64,000 nt of DNA from the NCBI GenBank assembly GCA_965178125.1, contig OZ237736.1:1178001-1242000 (forward strand). The letters are read 5' to 3'. Both the position numbers and the translations under genes were made by a program. The stretch is from Bilabrum cf. latius. Its lineage: Eukaryota. Shown here in pieces: positions 13,601-25,548 of this stretch. The notes beneath the pieces were generated by a model that saw only the letters and a program-made list of their open reading frames with translations, had not been told where the DNA came from and searched no databases. Numbering within the stretch: position 1 is the first letter of the stretch; each line of letters begins with the position of its first letter.

Positions 13601-15058
13601 CACTCGTTGCTGCAGAGCTGCGGCGATCCGATGTTTCCGCCACTAAATCAGAGGCAGCTTTCGCTGCATGAATGGCGCGAACAGCCGACTCGGTTGCAGA
13701 CATTCTGCCCTCATACACCCGGTGCTGCAGGGCCTCCAGGTCACTCGGGGTGGCCTCAATCGATGCATCCACCGAAAGAGCAGACAGGACGGCTTCGATC
13801 GATGCATGGCCCGACACCTTGGTGTGGTAGGCCGCACTTGCGGCTAAGATCGCCACGATTTCCACCGGTCTAGGGTACAGCGCCAACAGAGCGGTTTCTA
13901 CCTGTGCGAAAGGCCCACTGCCCAGGCTGCCAGCAGCTGCCTCTCCCACAAGGAAGGCAGAGGCAGCGCTGGCAGAGCCAACAGGCTCGCCAGCTCCCGC
14001 GCCGGATGAGGCTTGCGGCGAATCAGCAGCGGAAGCTTTGGTCTCTCCAGCAAGAGCAGCAGAGCAAGCGACGGGCAGCGCCAGCCCGGCCTGCCAGTGG
14101 TCAAGACTGTCAGTGCCTCGCGCTAGTTCAGCCCCGTCAATGGGCTCCCTGCTTGCGATACCGTGCTCCGAGGCAGCCAGCAATGCGATACACACAAGAG
14201 CTTCTGCGTCACTGACTGGGTATGCGCTGGTTGCATCACTACTGGCAGAAGGAGAGGCGGCCCCGCCGGCGGGCGCGTCTGCCGGGTTGAGGACAGTTGG
14301 AAGGGCGGCTTCCTTTGCGCTTGCTGCCATGCTCAGCAGTAGCTAGCTGGCAACGTTCAGACTGCAAAGCCTAGGCATACCTACAAACACCGATAGAGCG
14401 CGCTAAACTGTGGCCTTGCAGCCGTCAAAGCGGCCAGACCGCCATTGCGCTGCACCCAGAGCTAGCTGCACGCAGAACCAAGAGCTTGCTAGTACATCCC
14501 TGTCTACGTCGCCCAGTCCAATCCCGCTTTCAATTATCTAATCCATAAAATCACCGGATGAAATCAGCTATTCGAACGAGCCAAGACTGGCAAGTGATGC
14601 TGCGACCTCAATGGATCCGAGCCGCGCAACAGTGTTGTTTTCGGTCCCACCGACAGCTGCGTCCAACCGCGCAGCAGAGCAGAAGCAGTCAAAGGATTTC
14701 ACGAACTGCGATAGAAGTCGAACGGGCTCAAGTGGAGTTGCGGTGATGTGGCGGTAAAAGGGGAATCACTAGAGCACTATTTGATGCTCACGTCATGTCT
14801 CTACGAACCGAGGCTCTTGTAGCTGAGGCCTCCTAGCTGAAGCAGTTTGTGGGCATACTTTGCGAATTTCTGTCCGTCTTCGGCACCATCCCGCAATGCC
14901 AAAGTAACATCATCCACGAACTGACTGGCAACCTCAGAAATGTTCGGGACTTGCGATTCGAAAAGCTTCACCGCTGACGCCCAGTCTGATTTCGAAGCTG
15001 CGGAAGCAATGTCTTTCGAGCATCGCTTGAAGGCCTTCTGCTGTGCCTTGTGATCCAT
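7656..15058 (-). CDS. SKI3: Superkiller complex TPR protein SKI3/TTC37-like (~2,400 aa)
   Basis: ATG at 15058, one intron at about 14791-14706, then a single frame with about 20 TAG codons. TPR motifs AFALLGSAY...AQRCLHRALELDP..AVAG..FVDLL, AVWALLRRG, LQRACDLAPYDSKRWRELG and LQEAQAVDPNNIAMWAGQA. SKI3-like C-terminus *TKLKRCPW, then TAA at 7658-7656. Confidence 0.75.
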
Positions 15059-15365
15059 TTTGCCTGAGTGCAAGAAAGCAGATCTGCGATGGCCAGCATA
15101 ACCGGAACCCCTTCAAGTTGACATCCGCCGGCGCGAAGAGTGGAACGGGGGGGAAAGGGGAGGGAGGGGGCAGCACGGAGACGAGAGCGCAATGATGCAG
15201 ATGAGAAGGGGCTGGACGGTGCAGTGCGTGGCGTCGATGGTTTGATCGGACCACACGCCAGTGCGCAAGCAGGGGTGCTCCTATAGGCTACATCGCCTTT
15301 TCGGTTTACATTTCCAATAACGAGATGGAAGACTTATGTCACTGGATTCAGGCATAGGTCTCTAT

Positions 15366-15825
15366 TAGTCGTCTCAAGGATAGCTTCAGCTTGGGTCAAC
15401 ACAGCCGCTACACGACTTGGCCAAACGGTCGGGGCCACAATGTACGGTTGACCACCACGATACCAGCTGCTGAGGTGAGTGGGCGATGTGATAGGTGGCA
15501 GCATACGTGGTCTTTACCCTGTTCCTCGGACGGTGAAATACCAGGGAAAGCAAGACCAGAACTCAAGTCTGATCACTTGTACACTACAACCTGGGCCGCT
15601 CTTCAGATCCGGCAGGATCCCCGCTGACGCGTACACTGGCAGTCCTGTCGCTCCATGCGGGCGTCCCTGCGGTGTACGCGTCGGTGGCAGTCCCCGTGGC
15701 GGTGCGGGGGGTAGCGTCAGCCACCAACTTCGTCGCGGCGCCCGCGGCGGCGCGACGATGAACCGGAATGTTGCGGAACATGATCTATGGCTATCTTATC
15801 GTGCAAACTCAATCCCTCAAGACTA
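15366..15825 (+). ncRNA. Candidate structured non-coding RNA of unknown class (RNase P/MRP-like topology possible)
   Basis: Intergenic region dense in stems: 15394-15400/15447-15453, 15509-15521/15542-15557, 15626-15636/15672-15682 (11 bp perfect) and 15730-15737/15751-15758, plus long-range pairings that join the ends. G-U extensions of the stems favour the + strand. Confidence 0.5.
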
Positions 15826-16011
15826 GATTAACACAGATTCTTAACGATCTTTCTTTAAAAAGGACATTTCTTCACGAGATCTGTTAGATTGCCTTTCTTT
15901 ATTGTGGTGACCGGGGCAACGACAAGATTACACATACCAAAGCTTAAAACACCGGTGCAAACCCGTCGACATTGACGGAATTCTTTTGCGTTCCACGAAT
16001 CTAATTGTGAG

Positions 16012-17112
16012 ATGTCATCCGCGGCAGCATCAGTCTCTGACGATGTGATCGACCTGGTCAGTGCAAGCAGCGACAGTGAATATGAGCAGCAGACAGATGA
16101 TGGAGAGAGCCTCGACGGTTGCTCGGTGGATGGTCCACGTGTAGATGTGGCGCCTTAGCTGGGCGGCATGCAATAGAGGACTGGGCGAGGAGCAGGAAAA
16201 CGCGTGATGCGCTCCCGTGCTGGAGAGGCAGGCATGGCCGGCGGCGGCTAGCAGAATCTTCAATCAGCATCGTCAAGTTCGCGAATGGCTGTGATAGGCG
16301 GCTCAGTGTTGGAATCCGGCGGGCCTGCTGTTAGCATTCCAAGCGCCCCGATCGGGCAGAAGCGTTCCCGGCCAGATGGCGAGCAAGCGACCGATGCTTC
16401 AAATGGTGAGCCCACCGAACACACCGGCAGGGAAAAGAAGAAAAGGAGATCAGGAACAGGGCGCAATATCAATGTGAGCATAATGCATGGATGTGAGGTG
16501 TGCGGAAAGGTGCTGTAGAGTGCAAGGTCGTCACGGTAGCACGCGTTGGTGGGGCATATTGGGCAGCGCCATCACGAGTGCGCGGTGTGCGGCAAGCGCT
16601 TCAGCATGGCAGACAATCTCAAGAGACACATGAGCGCCGTGCATTGGGGAGAGCGCCGTCACGAGTGCCCAGTGTGCGGCAAGCGCTTCAGCGAGTCAGA
16701 CAATCTCAAGAGACACGTGAGCACCGTGCATTGGGGAGAGCGCCGTCACGAGTGCCCAGTGTGCGGCAAGCGCTTCAGCATGGCAGACAATCTCAAGAGA
16801 CACGTGAGCACCGTGCATTGGGGAGAGCGCCGTCACGAGTGCCCAGTGTGCGGCAAGCGCTTCAGCGAGTCAGGCAATCTCAAGAGACACGTGAGCACCG
16901 TGCATTGGGGAGAGCGCCGTCACGAGTGCCCAGTGTGCGGCAAGCGCTTCAGCGAGTCAGGCAATCTCAAGAGACACGTGAGCACCGTGCATTGGGGAGA
17001 GCGCCGTCACGAGTGCCCAGTGTGCGGCAAGCGCTTCAGCGAGTCAGGCAATCTCAAGAGACACATGAGCACCGTACACTCGAGACACGACACAAAAGGG
17101 AACCAAGGATAA
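16012..17112 (+). CDS. C2H2 zinc-finger protein (one degenerate plus six near-identical fingers), 366 aa
   Basis: ATG at 16012 and a single frame with 5 TAG codons. Repeats of HECPVCGKRFS(MAD/ESD/ESG)NLKRHVSTVHWGERR, a KKKRR NLS-like motif, and a TAA stop at 17112. Confidence 0.88.
16564..17079 (+). repeat. 87-bp coding minisatellite, about 6 copies (zinc-finger array)
   Basis: gagcgccgtcacgagtgcccagtgtgcggcaagcgcttcagc recurs every 87 bp (16651, 16738, 16825, 16912, 16999). Confidence 0.95.
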
Positions 17113-17432
17113 GAATGATCAGCGCGCACGGTATGAACCTGTATAGACACTGCTTTGTCACGGGGTCGACCCATCATTTTGGGGCTTTGATGCCGTGACA
17201 CGCAGCTAGAGGCAGTGGCCGGCTAGGTCCAGCCCCCTGGATGGACGGCGATTTGGACCGGCTGCAGTGGCACTTCATCATTCTCTGCCTATGCCGGATG
17301 CGCTGTTTCGCCTCGCATTGTTTGAGGGCGACGCGAATGCGGATCTGCTTGTGCAAGACAAACCGTCGGCATTGAGACACAGGAATAAACAGACGCCAGA
17401 ATGAACAACTAATTATACTTATGCTCTGCCCG

Positions 17433-20400
17433 TCAATCAGTCCCAAGAGCCAGTCGCAATTCCCTCACACCATCACCAACCGCACCCTCACGGCCACCTT
17501 CATCGGCATCTCTGAGAGCCCACCCGCCGGCAAGCTCATGTACCGCGACCGCTGACATGCTCCCGGGGGACGCGTCGATGCCAGCAGCCCCGACACTGCC
17601 CCGCAGCCCCTTCGCAGACGCAAACACGACAGCCAGGTACAGGCGGCCAGCCGGCCGGGGACCACCGCCATTAACAGTCAACCCGACCGCGCGCGGCGCG
17701 TCCGAGTGCTTGCGGCCCTCCCCACCACCGCCCTGAAACACAGAGCGCACAGCATCCGCTGAGTTCTCCCGCACTATAGGCCCAGATGGGTCCACTGTCA
17801 GATCAAACGCGGCCAGCGTACCGGAGTCGCCCACAGCGAACAGACCTCCAGGCCGCACAGAGGACCACGCGAGCGCTGCCACAGAGCGGAATATACCGGC
17901 AGCGGCCGCTTTGTCGGATGGTGGCTTGTCTGCATCGTGCATTGTGGGGCACACCGCGTCCCAAGTCCGCAGAGGATACGGGGATTCCGCCCCTAAATCG
18001 TATACGCTCACAGACCCGTCCTCTCTGCCCACGGCTGCGATTGCGCTGTCGAACGGATTCACGGCCACGCATGTCACAGGGGCGAGCACGGAGCACGGCC
18101 CGATGTACTGAGACAGTTCCAGCTGCCTGGATAGAGCCCCGCTGCTGCTGGCGCCTTCACTGGCCGTCCCGTCGTCATCGTCACCATCTACTGCGTTGCC
18201 GTCCGCGCCAGACACCGGGAGGTCTGGCAGCAGGCAACGAATGGGATGAGCCGAGCCATCGCTGAGTACTAGCGGTACCCTGCCGTCGCGACCCCCGACA
18301 AGAAAACCCCTCCCACTCTGGAGAGCAGCACACCCTGCAACGCGCCTCCCGACCGTCCACACGTCAGTGCCGTGCCAGGAGTCTGCAGCCTCGCCAGATC
18401 CAGGGTGTCGCGCAGAAGCTGAACTTGCGAGCGCGCCTGCGCCAGCATGTGTTACATCATAGTCCGTTGGCAGGGCATTCGGCAGCGAGAGCTCCGCCAC
18501 GACGCCCTCGGGCCCTCGGGCCGATCTGCCGAGCATGCCAGCGCCCTCGCTCCTCGAGGACGTGCCGTCTCGCCTGCCTGCGCGACCAGCGGTATCGTCC
18601 AGCTCTCCGTCTCCCAAGTCGAAGCCGTCAAAATCGGCGGCAGCCGAGCCTTCGGCCCGCTTGTCACCGCCCTTCCTCCCACCTGCGTCGATCCCCGTCC
18701 CCGCGCCCGCTCGTCCGAAACCGTCGACAGCCCCAACATCTTGACCAGACAGCTTTTCATCAGCTTGCCTCTGCTCCATCTCCAGGGCCTGTCTGCGCCG
18801 CGCCTCGTCCTCGACCGGTAGTCCAAGCGGTGCGCCTGGCAGCGGCCGGGGGAGGCACCGGAAGGAGTCGAGCGCGTACATCCGACGGATGGCAACTACC
18901 GAGCCGACGGAGCGGCTGTGGACCGAGAAATCACGCGCTCCGTCCGCGCGCGGGTCGATCTGGTCCACCCGAGGAGCATTCGTCTGCACTCGCCAGGCGA
19001 TGATGCAACCGTGCTCATCACAGCTGCTCAGCGTGAAGGAAGAGTCCGCTCCTACACCGGCCGACTGTCGCCCCATGCCCAGCTTGCTGACAGCTGGGCC
19101 CGAGGCACCGACAGCCGACGACACGTGGGAACTACCGGTGTCGGCCAATTCAAGGAAGAGGACCGCGCTGCGATGCCCGCCCCACCTATCGTCCAACCTT
19201 GCGGGGCCACCTTCCCTACTTCCAGCCGACCGGTGCGCATCGCTGCGGACCCGATCCAGGGAGAGGTCAGTGGTGAGGCAGGGGCGGCGCACCTCGCAAT
19301 CGAGCTAAGAACTCATGCATTCGTGCCAAACGATCGAGTGGGCATCTGGAGGCCCCTTGACAGACGCAGCCCCATCTGTTTTCGATTCGGCTGAGGCGGA
19401 GCTCGAGCCCCCACCCGCGATGAGCTGCAAAGGCGCGTGCATGGATGCAGCCTCGCGCAGGTCCCAGGCCTCGATACCCCCAGTCTCAGTGCCTGCAAAC
19501 ACCACGGCACCGTCACCAGGCGAGAATACCAGGCTGCACGGAGACGAACCGACCAACAGCACGGCTGCCGGTTTCGACCAGTCTTGGGTGGACCACAGCA
19601 GCACCAGCCCGCACCAGTACGCGGCTGCAACTCCAGTCTGGTTTTCGTGCGCATCGCTCGCATTCGCGCTGGTGCTGAATCCCACTGCCATGCGGGCATG
19701 ATCTGGGCTGAAGGCCACGCACGTCGCCCTCCGGTTGTTCAGCAGACCGGGCAACGAGTTCGCCGCGATGCAATGCGCAGCGACGGTACCAGGACCCGCG
19801 CCTGAGGCCCCCGACCGCTGCCGCAAAGGCACGGACAGCTGCCGGAGGGCCTGCCGCCTGGCCGCCAGACGCACGTCACCGCGCGGCGCACCCCCAGGGG
19901 ACAGCCCCTGGTCGGCCATGTCCCTCATCATGGAAGACCATGCTGCCTGCCTCTGCTCCGCCAAACCACGCGCCACAGACTCGGCAAGCAGGGTCTCGAC
20001 CGTGCGACCAACACGGCGCAGAAACGCGCCGAGGGCAGATGACTGCCTCGTCGCCAGTAGCGCGCCGGAGGTGCTCGGCTCCTGGCTGGCAGCAGCGGCG
20101 GCGGCGGCGGGCCCACGGGATGAGGCCTCGTTCTATCTGTCCATCGCGCGCCACGCCGCGTGCAGCCTCGGATCTTCGGGTGCCTGTACGACGGCCTCCC
20201 TTTGCGTGACTTCGTCTGTCTAGCACTGCACATCCGCCACGTCGTCGTTGGTCTGGGCCGACATGTTCGCTAGCCCGCCCTGCTGCACGGCCCGCTGCAC
20301 CAGCTGCTGCTACGACTGAGGGGCCATCGCAAATAGCACGGTACGCGCTTCAGACATCTGGAGCTTGCCGGCACTACGAAGCGCAGTCACTCGCCGGGCC

Positions 20401-21595
20401 CTCGGGTGGGCCTGGCCCGTCCTAGCCCTCGCCCTGCGAGCCTGCTCCGCCTACCGGCGGGCCCTGTCCTGTGCCTGTGCAGCATCTGCACCGCTGCCTC
20501 CGGCTGCACCACCTTCCTGTTGCATGGCGGCCTGCAGGATAGAGCTGATACCACCCTCGCCCGCTCCCCTCGAGCCCCGTGCGCGCGAGTCACCGCCGCT
20601 GCCACCGCCCTCGTCCCCTCTATCGTCGTCGTCACCTTCCAGACCCGCGTTCTCGTCGTACTCTGGAGCAGGAAAACCCGGCTGCTGCTGCTACTGCTAC
20701 TGCTACTGCACCCTATGAAACGAGTGCTGCCCCTGTCCACCTACAGTGGGGCTGCCTGCCGCACCAGACCCCAGCGAGTGCCCCTCGGAGAGCGCACTCC
20801 CGCCGGTGGGAGCTACGATGCCGCGCTGGGCGAGCCTGCCCCTCTCCTTCTTTAGGATCGCGCTTTCCATCTCTCGGCGTTCTGCTGAGGGGCTTCGCCT
20901 CAATGAGGGTTGCGTGGCGCCGATCTTCACGGGGCCTCCCTTGTCCCCTTGCTCGTCGTCCTCGAAGTCGTCGTTCGAGTAGTCCTGCAAAATGTGGACG
21001 GCAACCGATTCAAAACCAAATAGGATTCTCCCGCAATGGCGCCGACTGCACACGTATCATGTCTAGCATTGCCTTACTTCGAAATCATCGTCTCCGTATT
21101 CATCGTCTTCGTCGCTGCCGCCGCTTGGCTGGGCGTGGCCCATTGCAACTGGTGTTGGGCCTCTGCTGCCGGCCGATGCCCTGGAGTCTGCAGACCCTCG
21201 GCCAGCTCCAGCCATGGACTGTGGCGTAGCAGAGTCACGAATGCCCACAGCGGGACTGACGCCGTCTTGTGCCTCTTGCACGAACATGGCTCTGCGGCAA
21301 TTCTCGAACGGATCCGAACGATTGGCTGATGCGGCAAGGCTTTGCTGCTACTCTTCAGGTGCACCAGTGCATGCTCTTACGATGATTTTCGCTTTCTGGC
21401 TGCTGACTAGGGGCGGCGGGCCATAGACGGGAGGCTACCAGCTGGGGTTGCTCGTGCGACAGCAGCGCTGCTCGTGCCACTCGGTGGGATGGCTGGCGAT
21501 CTACCGCGTGATGAGCTTCTGCTCGTCCTCCCATGCTATATCTGTCCCTTTTGTACCCGAACAGCTCGTCGCCCTGTTCGTTGTGCACCAGACAT
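17433..21595 (-). CDS. WDR60: Dynein-2 intermediate chain WDR60/DYNC2I1 (start codon uncertain, 21595 or 21287)
   Basis: Acidic N-terminal YGDDDFE/DYSNDDFED across an intron near 21077-20986. SAQTNDD..VQC*TDEVTQREAVVQAP matches the WDR60 QT motifs. WD40 motif VFAGTETGGIEAWDLREAASMH is WDR60-like. Ends at TGA 17435-17433. Confidence 0.82.
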
Positions 21596-21728
21596 GGCGG
21601 TAGTCGCCTGCAAAGTAATCTCGTTTGGAGTTGCTGTTGCTGCCGCCGCGCATTTTGTTGGGCGGTTCCGCTCTACAGAGAAGCAGTGCCAAATATGATT
21701 TTCGATTTGTCTCTGGATTTCATTCGAG

Positions 21729-22295
21729 ATGGCGGCCAAGGTGGGTCTAAATACGGTAGAGGGATGCCTCAAAATGCTCAAACAAAGCCGTGTGATGGCA
21801 CCAAACCTGAAGGAATGTCATCTTTGGGTATATAAAGGATCTATTCGACCCAATCACGTCATGAAGTTAGTATTGGTTTCACGTTCTGCGAATTAGACAG
21901 AGCCTTGTGCAAACGAATCGAGTTTGTTGATCTTACCTGTATTTTCTATATGCTTCCGCAGAGACGTTGTTTTGAAGCACTTGCTTGCCCTCAGATGGAT
22001 GAATCCAGGGGCCATGGTGTACTTGCGCGAATCGAATGAGGAAGGCCAGGCTCACGTAGAATACGAGCTTTGGAACGGTAGGAAGAGTGGTTTTATTGTA
22101 CAGGACGAGCATACACCCGATTCAGTGGTAGCGCAACTAATGCACGAGGCAAGGGACCCTGCATTGGACCCAGACTACTATACCGAGGGATGGGCAGCTG
22201 AGGGCCTGAAGGCGGCCGGCGTGGAGGCGCCAACGATAGGAGATATTTCTGCACAGGAGGAAGTGACTGAATAGCCGCTAGACGGCAGATAGTAA
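21729..22295 (+). CDS. Small L51/S25/CI-B8-domain-like protein (mitochondrial ribosomal or complex I family)
   Basis: ATG at 21729, intron at about 21867-21961. KDVVLKHLLALRWMNPGAMVYLRES...YELWNG resembles this thioredoxin-like fold family. Ends TAG CCG CTA GAC GGC AGA TAG TAA. Confidence 0.5.
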
Positions 22296-22337
22296 CTTGA
22301 GTACAATTGCCAGTTTCGATTCGGTTGCGACACACTG

Positions 22338-23966
22338 TCAGGACGTGCTGCCTGCACCACTGGCTGGCCCATCGCGAGCGGCCGCTTTGGCGTCCTCGTC
22401 ACCGGCAGGCAACCCTGCCGGCCTCATCAGGCCTCTAGCGTCCAACCCACCTACCGTGGATTTCGGTTTCGTTTCGACCTGCGCGGCAAAGAGGAGGTCA
22501 GCCCCCCAGTGGCTGCTCTCCGCAAGCGACGCCTGAGCCTCCATGGTCAGGCCGGCCCACTGCCTGCGCACATCCATTCCGGCGGGCCATGCGCCCTTCG
22601 CGACATCTCCATCGCTCAGTGCTGGGTCAGCTGCTTGCGCTGAAGCACCACTCGCTCTCGCGCTCGCCACTCCTGCCTTTAGTGCATCGTCAGGCTTGGC
22701 GCGGGGCGGCAGCTCCGGCCCCGCTCCCTCCCCGCCCACGGCCTTGTTCCCTAGCCCGATCGCCTCCACTAAGGCCGGGTCCTTTGCCGCCACTGAGATG
22801 GAGTAGTGCCTCTGTATCATGTGCCACTCCTCCAACTCATCGAACAGCTCCTTGCGTTCGGCCCCGTGCCAAGCACTCGCGCACCTCTCCCTGCTTGGCA
22901 GCCAGCGGTAGTACACGTCGTCCATGTCGTAGACTGTGGCCACGTCGAAGCCCAGCCTCAGGTATCTGCGAGCCAGATCGGGGATGCCTGGGTACGACAC
23001 GCACGTCCGGAGGGGGCTGCCGCGCTTCTCCAGGTGGGCGAGCATTACGGCTCCGAATGCGTCGCCCACCCGCACCTGCTCGTAGCACACGAACGCGGCG
23101 CGCTCGAACGATTCAGCACACCACTGGATGATGGCGTCTGCTTCCTCTGTTGGCATGTACACCAGAACACACTCGGACAGAAAGAGCGTGGGCTTGCTGC
23201 GCAGGTGCGGAGGGACGGTCCTAAGCGATGTATCGAATGAACGAATGGAAGGGAATTTCACGGTGCAAACGCGCGAGCAGTTGTGTAAACGGTTCACTCA
23301 CCTAAAATCAATCCCGGCTTCCTCTAAGACTGCTCGCACCTGCTTGGAGTCACGCAGGTCGGCAGTAGCGAGTGCGTACTATTCTGCATTCAGAACGACC
23401 TCGCCGAGCTTGGGAGGGCGGAAGGGCCTTGAACCATCTCCCGTTTCAGACTGTGGCTTGTCACTTTCCACGATCTTGCGCTCAGCAGCAGCAGCGACAG
23501 CAGCAGCAGATGGCGCGGCAGACTTGGGCTCAGCTACCGGACCTGACAGCAGTGGGGTTCTTCGAATTATGCCCAGCTTATTGTGCACGACTGCCGGGAG
23601 GTCAATTTCAACATACTTATGTACTTTTATGCCATTCTTCTCCAGAAACCAAAATGTGGTGTCGATGCCTGCTCCGAGACTGACAATTTGGGCCCGGGAA
23701 CCTAAGCCGTGAACTTTGGTGCAGAATTCGGTGACTAGCTCTCTAACAGCAGACACCCTGGCAAAATACCCTCGATTGATCAAAGGCGACCTTCTGGTCC
23801 CACCTTTTACGAAGAAAGGCATAAACTCGTCGGAGTAGTATCCTAGAGTTGCAGCAGACAGCTTGCTGATAGCGGCATCGTCGCTTGTTCGCTCTACTGC
23901 CGTCTTCGTGCTACCACCAGCCTCTAATCTCCCAGACAAAACGCTTCTAGACAGAGCAGAAGCCAT
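22338..23966 (-). CDS. LCMT1: Leucine carboxyl methyltransferase 1 (PP2A methyltransferase, PPM1)
   Basis: DDAAISKLSAATLGYYSD, RRSPLINRGYFARV, QIVSLGAGIDT, *YALATADLRD, PTLFLSECVLVYM, YEQV..GDAFGAVM and ELFDELEEW..IQRHY. One intron at about 23301-23198; TGA stop. Confidence 0.93.
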
Positions 23967-24096
23967 TTTTGCTTTTGTTTTTGCAACCAAAGATATTCAA
24001 GATATTAATGAGGACGTGTGACGAATATTTATACGGTGTGGTTTGGAGCAAACTCAGATCCAAGATGCCCGGCTCGCTGCGTGCAAAATAGCGATC

Positions 24097-25548
24097 ATGC
24101 AGCGCCTTGGGGTGCTTCGGTCCAGGCTAGCGCCCAGATTCATTTCATCTGGATGGGTGCGTATGCAGCATGCAGCTGCAGCCCCTCGTGCTGCAGCACA
24201 AGAGGCTAAAGCAGCGGCGTTGGCATTCGCGGATACCGACGAGTACACAGAGGTGAAGCTGGGCTCGTAGCGTTGCGCCTCTACGATGCTCACAGACGCA
24301 AGATATTACAAGTCATAGCATGCGTTTGTATGGAGCAGGGAAGGCGGAGATATTGTGGATAACAGGCTCCCATGGAGAGTTGGCTTCAATGGCAAGGCGG
24401 AGGACATGCACACCGACCACGACGGCTACTTCATCTTTGAGTCGAACACTAGGTGGGAGGAACCCGTTGTAAACACCAACCTGAATCAGACTATGCGAGA
24501 CCGAGGCCTGCATTCTTGGAGGATTGGCCATGTGCAAGAGATGTTGCATCCGTCTAGGCAGTCCGGCACGACGACGTCGGCATTGATGGCCGTCTTGGAA
24601 GGCAGAAGCGCCAGCACTCCCGACAGGCGAAAGAGCCGTAGCATTTTGTCCATCTTCGGACAAGGAGGTAGCCCGAAGACCCTTCGGGGTGTGAAGCACG
24701 AGCTCATTAACTCTAGCCTGTGCGAATTCCTCGCGCGCCGCGCCGGCTGGTTCCCCGTGCAAATGCCTTGGAGCCTCACGCAGGTGGGACGGCAGCACGC
24801 CGATACCTCCATGTACGGCGGAATCATGTTCCACCAAGCTAGCTACACCGGCAACTACGCCTTCGGCACAAAGGGGCTCCGCACATCGAGCAAGGTCGAC
24901 TTCCTCTACCTCGACGACGCAGCCGGTGGGCTCTCCCCTGAGTTCACCGGCGGGCAGGCCACCCGTGCGGTTGCAACTAGTTCGTTCGCGGACAGTCTCG
25001 GCCACGTGAAGGCGGACCGGTTCCTGAAGCTGCCCCGGCCCACCACCGCCAGCCGCGTGGAGCTCTACCTCGACCTCAAGAACACGGTCGGCAGGGGTGA
25101 GAAGGTGCGGCCCCCCTCCAGTCCCAATGCCATTGTGGGACACGAGCTCTTCTGGCGCAAGGTGGCGGACGTGGTGGAGAACAAGATGATGCTAGAGCCG
25201 CTGGCGGTGCGAGGGAGCGAGACCAAGCCGCGGCGCCTGCCGCTGGGCAGCGCCACGCCGGAGCAGAGCAAGGTGAGGCAGCTGTTCGACTCGCATAACT
25301 GGTTGAATGCGCTGTGGGGCTCGGTCGAGGGCTCTGTCAACTCGCTCCCCGTGGCGGTGCAGCCGGGGGCCATGCGTCCGGTAAGGTTGCTGAACCGGCC
25401 GACCGCTGCCCGGATCCGCGATTTTTGGTTGACGGACAACAACTGCAGGTTCAACGACGTGCTGGTCAAGTGCAGTCTGACTAAGCGCTGGGATGAGAAC
25501 TTCCTGACGCAGATCCCGAGGAACTGGGTTGGGCCAGCACAGCGGTGA
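24097..25548 (+). CDS. Hypothetical protein (~480 aa) with an Arg/Ala-rich, mitochondrial-targeting-like N-terminus
   Basis: ORFs 24043 and 24355 share a frame and are joined through two TAG codons. Strong GC3 codon bias; TGA stop. Confidence 0.7.

Noticed and set aside
15584-15781. Short minus-strand ORF (MFRNIPVHRR...)
   Set aside because: It reaches only about 72 codons even with TAG read-through and has no motif. The dense base-pairing is better explained by a + strand RNA.
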